Source of the DNA: Acutalibacteraceae bacterium
GTDB lineage: Bacteria; Bacillota; Clostridia; Oscillospirales; Acutalibacteraceae
Length of the DNA stretch: 49,418 nucleotides
Direction: 5' to 3'
Assembly: GCA_045541655.1 (NCBI GenBank)
Contig: JAZQJN010000012.1
Coordinates: 1 to 49,418 of the forward strand
Shown here: one piece after another, positions 46,447-49,418 of the stretch
How the letters are laid out: every line of letters starts with the position of its first letter
How positions within the stretch are numbered: position 1 is the stretch's first letter
Position numbers and translations under genes: made by a program
The notes under the pieces: generated by a model
Databases searched by the model: none
What the model saw: only the letters and a program-made list of their open reading frames with translations
What the model was told of the DNA's origin: nothing

Positions 46447-47065
46447 ATATAATATCCTTTGCAAAGCGGGGTTTTCTGTGGTGAATGCTTTTGATATTTT
46501 TCTCGGTTACAAGCACGTCCACCGTGCGGTCAAATCGACCGTGATGAAGATGACCTCGTACTCCTGATGAATAACATATTCCCACCTTGACCCCGGTATA
46601 TTCAGAGAGAAATCTATCGTAATATCCCTTGCCAAATCCAAGGCGGTATCCGTTAAAATCGAAACACAGACCCGGAACAATGCAGATACTCTTTTCCCAA
46701 TCGGTGATACGTTTATCGGGGTCGGGAACGGGCTCTAAAACACCAAAAGTGCCGGGGGAAAGTTCATCAATAGAATTGATAACATAAAACTCGATTATGC
46801 GGGTATTGGGTACACAGTATGGAACCGCAACCCTTTTTCCGTCGGCAAACGCTTGGGCGATAATGCCTCGGGTATCCACCTCGATGTCGGTAGATACATA
46901 GACAAAAACGGTTTTGGCAGAAGAATATTGATTTAGTTTAAGAAGGCGGTTAAGTACACCCTCATCCAGATTACGCTTTTCGGTGGGGGAGAGTTTTAAC
47001 CGCTCGTTTTTGTAGCGAATACGAAGATTCTTCTTATACTGACGAATGTCGGTTATTTGAGCCAT
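46445..47065 (-). CDS. 5-formyltetrahydrofolate cyclo-ligase
   Basis: The length, VAVPY and GFGKGYYDR motifs. RBS GGAGGA precedes the ATG at 47065. Confidence 0.82.
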   Translation of the reverse strand: MAQITDIRQYKKNLRIRYKNERLKLSPTEKRNLDEGVLNRLLKLNQYSSAKTVFVYVSTDIEVDTRGIIAQAFADGKRVAVPYCVPNTRIIEFYVINSIDELSPGTFGVLEPVPDPDKRITDWEKSICIVPGLCFDFNGYRLGFGKGYYDRFLSEYTGVKVGICYSSGVRGHLHHGRFDRTVDVLVTEKNIKSIHHRKPRFAKDII

Positions 47066-47598
47066 TGGATATCCTCCAATAATTTGTCGGCACATTCACT
47101 TCCCTTAAAGTATTCAATAATTTTGTGGGCAAATTGCACCGAAACACCTGCACCCTTGGCGGTGATATAGTTTTCATCCCTGCAGACCGAATCTTCGCCT
47201 ATAATTGCTCCCTCTAAATCCTTTTCGTATCCGGGGAAGCAGGTGGCACTGCGGTTGTTAAGAAGACCTTTTTTGCCCAGTATCATAGGAGCGGCACAGA
47301 TAGCGGCTATAAGTTTGGCCTTACTTGCACAAAAATCTATTGCTTCATGCACCTTATCGTTCTTGTTAAGATTAAGGGTACCGGGCATTCCGCCGGGGAG
47401 AATAATTCCCTTAAGGTTTTCGTCAAGGCGAACCTTTTTAAGAGGAATATCGGGAACGATTTTAATATTGTGAGCCCCCACAATCTCCTTTTTGCCCACC
47501 GCTACGGTAACAACGTCAAGACCAACGCGGCGGAGTAAATCCAAGGTGGCAAGGGCTTCTATTTCTTCAAAGCCATCGGCTAAAAAAAGATAAATCAT
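47053..47598 (-). CDS. DJ-1/PfpI-family protein
   Basis: MIYLFLADGFEEIEA and AAICAAP (nucleophile elbow Cys). Confidence 0.85.
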   Translation of the reverse strand: MIYLFLADGFEEIEALATLDLLRRVGLDVVTVAVGKKEIVGAHNIKIVPDIPLKKVRLDENLKGIILPGGMPGTLNLNKNDKVHEAIDFCASKAKLIAAICAAPMILGKKGLLNNRSATCFPGYEKDLEGAIIGEDSVCRDENYITAKGAGVSVQFAHKIIEYFKGSECADKLLEDIQWLK

Positions 47599-47616
47599 TA
47601 CATTTACACCTACTGT

Positions 47617-48273
47617 TTATTTAAGTAAGAGAGTGATTTGATTGTGGATTTCTTCTATAGAGAGAGGTTCTCCGTCTTTGGCACAGGATATAACCTTCCA
47701 ACCGCATTTTTCGGCGGCATAAAGGGCGGTTTCACGACAGGTTTTGAGATAGTTTATATCCTTTTCGTGAATATCCTTTTTGTTTTCATCCCCATCATAT
47801 CGGCCGGTCATAAGTTTTTGCGAAACCTCTATGGGCATATCCAAATAAATAACCACGTCGGGGCGGGGGATACCGATTTTGTTATACTCGTTATCCTCTA
47901 ACCATTCGATATAACTATCCCATTCATCCCTTTCCAGTTTGCACATCTGATGCACTATGTTGGAGGTGGTGTATCGGTTGGCAATAAGAAGTCCGCCGCT
48001 TTGATAAAAATTCATCCAATCCTTGCGATAGGATGCATATCGGTCAACGGTATATAAAACCGATGCGGCATAGGCGTTTATCTGATTGGCATCGGGGGCG
48101 AGTTCGCCGTTAAGATACATTTTAATCAAGGCACTTGAGGGGTCGTCGTAGCAGGGGAAGGATAAAAGTCGGGGGTTCTTGCCCTCTTTTTCGAGTTTTT
48201 CAAAAAGAAGGGAGGATTGGGTGGTCTTACCACTTCCGTCGAGGCCTTCGATTACAATAAGTTTACCGGACAA
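47617..48273 (-). CDS. tmk: Thymidylate kinase
   Basis: IVIEGLDGSGKTTQ P-loop and a DRY-type segment (VDRYASY). Confidence 0.85.
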   Translation of the reverse strand: MSGKLIVIEGLDGSGKTTQSSLLFEKLEKEGKNPRLLSFPCYDDPSSALIKMYLNGELAPDANQINAYAASVLYTVDRYASYRKDWMNFYQSGGLLIANRYTTSNIVHQMCKLERDEWDSYIEWLEDNEYNKIGIPRPDVVIYLDMPIEVSQKLMTGRYDGDENKKDIHEKDINYLKTCRETALYAAEKCGWKVISCAKDGEPLSIEEIHNQITLLLK

Positions 48274-48295
48274 AATAAATCACTCTTTCAAAAAA

Positions 48296-48796
48296 TCAAT
48301 ATCCAAGTTGACCCTCAAGGGAGTCATCGTTAAATATCCAATCACGGACAAGTTTAATCTCAAAATCGGTTTTGCTGCGGCGGATAACCACCTTATCTAT
48401 ACCTGCGTTGATAATGAGGCGTTTGCACATTGCACAGGGAGCGGTGTTTTCTACAAGTTCCCCTGATTTTACCTCTCTGCCCACAAGATACATTGTGGCA
48501 CCGATCATATCATTACGGGAGGCACTGATAATAGCGTTTGCTTCGGCGTGAACCGAACGGCAAAGTTCGTATCTCTCACCGCGGGGGATGTTTAGTTTGC
48601 TGCGAAGACATTCACCCATATCAATACAGTTTTTGCGTCCTCTGGGAGCACCGGTATATCCTGTGGATAAAATCTGGTCATTACGTACAATAATGGCACC
48701 AAAATTTCTTCTAAGACAGGTGCCTCTTTCTAAGACGGTTTCGGCGATGTCGAGGTAGTAGTTGTTTTTATCAATGCGTTCAACCTTTAAACTCAT
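48296..48796 (-). CDS. comEB: Deoxycytidylate (dCMP) deaminase
   Basis: HAEANAI and PCAMCKRLIINAG zinc-binding motifs. Confidence 0.88.
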   Translation of the reverse strand: MSLKVERIDKNNYYLDIAETVLERGTCLRRNFGAIIVRNDQILSTGYTGAPRGRKNCIDMGECLRSKLNIPRGERYELCRSVHAEANAIISASRNDMIGATMYLVGREVKSGELVENTAPCAMCKRLIINAGIDKVVIRRSKTDFEIKLVRDWIFNDDSLEGQLGY

Positions 48797-48954
48797 AATA
48801 CTTCCCTCCGATGAATTTTCATAATTATTTAATAATTATATTGTAAAAATACTTTTTTTGCAAGGGGATTTGTGATATTATTATAAAAAATACAAAAAAC
48901 GCAGGGCAAGACCCTGTCCTACAATAAAGATGTGTAAAAAAGGAAGGCGAATTT

Positions 48955-49418
48955 ATGTCCCGACTTACCGATCCAAAATATCTTAAAGAGATACTCTCCC
49001 GTCACGGTATTGTGCTTACCAAGGCAAGAGGTCAAAACTTTCTTATAAATCCCACCGTTTGTCCCCAGATGGCGGATATGTGCGGTGCTACCGAAAATGA
49101 CGGTATTATCGAAATCGGTCCCGGAGTAGGCGTTCTTACCGAACAACTTGCCAAGGTATCGAAAAAGACGGTGGCTATTGAACTTGATTCGGGGCTTATC
49201 CCCGTTTTGGGTGAAACCCTTAAAGATTATGATAACGTAAAGGTTATCCACGAAGATGCCCTTAAAATCGACCTTAAAAAACTCATTCAGGATGAATTCG
49301 ACGGGGTAGATGTGTATCTCTGTGCCAATCTTCCGTATTACATAACCACCCCCATTCTTATGAAACTTTTGGAGGATAAAATTCCCCTTACCGCCATTAC
49401 CGTTATGGTGCAAAAGGA
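48955..49418 (+). CDS. rsmA: 16S rRNA (adenine1518/1519-N6)-dimethyltransferase, 3'-partial (runs off the window)
   Basis: My own translation from the ATG at 48955 (RBS AAGGAAGG) gives MSRLTDPKYLKEILSRHGIVLTKARGQNFLINP...IIEIGPGVGVLTEQL...CANLPYYITTPIL. It is absent from the ORF track because there is no stop in the window. Confidence 0.9.
   Translation, partial: MSRLTDPKYLKEILSRHGIVLTKARGQNFLINPTVCPQMADMCGATENDGIIEIGPGVGVLTEQLAKVSKKTVAIELDSGLIPVLGETLKDYDNVKVIHEDALKIDLKKLIQDEFDGVDVYLCANLPYYITTPILMKLLEDKIPLTAITVMVQK

Noticed and set aside
48919-49413. 164-aa minus-strand ORF from the track
   Set aside because: It is antisense to a clearly recognisable rsmA/ksgA coding sequence on the plus strand. 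It has odd composition and no RBS.

Overview
The window looks like a low-GC Firmicutes (Clostridia-like) chromosomal segment. Core housekeeping genes flank the window: citrate synthase, udp, tsaD, rnpB, ispDF, ygiQ, ftsK, uppP, dut, tmk, dCMP deaminase and rsmA. A visibly more AT-rich island of about 14-17 kb starts directly 3' of a tRNA-Leu(UAG) at 15.26 kb and interrupts them. The island opens with two decayed serine-recombinase remnants, a KilA-N gene and a sigma-70 family gene. It then carries two blocks that I rank as the most interesting part of the window. (a) A 416-aa protein has a C-terminal Rx4H HEPN motif. It is followed by a separately promoted operon encoding a radical SAM/SPASM enzyme, a divergent SDR and a 2-TM protein, which matches no defence or biosynthetic system I recognise. 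(b) An unusual restriction-modification-like locus has a tandem-HTH controller-like gene, an 802-aa methyltransferase-like protein with degenerate motifs fused to an Mrr-type nuclease, and a 332-aa protein that is a tandem duplication of a PvuII-like nuclease core (a natural single-chain pseudo-dimer). Two methyltransferases of different classes sit on the convergent strand. A membrane-anchored M4 (thermolysin-like) peptidase with an N-terminal zinc ribbon lies at the island's right edge. The first 2.1 kb is a second accessory patch. It holds an orphan polymorphic-toxin-like C-terminal fragment and small immunity-like genes driven by a duplicated promoter/leader, preceded by a mirror array of 10-mers interleaved with short hairpins. 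No CRISPR array, rRNA or intact transposase was seen. All coordinates were hand-counted and RNA/repeat ends may be off by a few nt. All homology statements come from motif recognition, not database searches.
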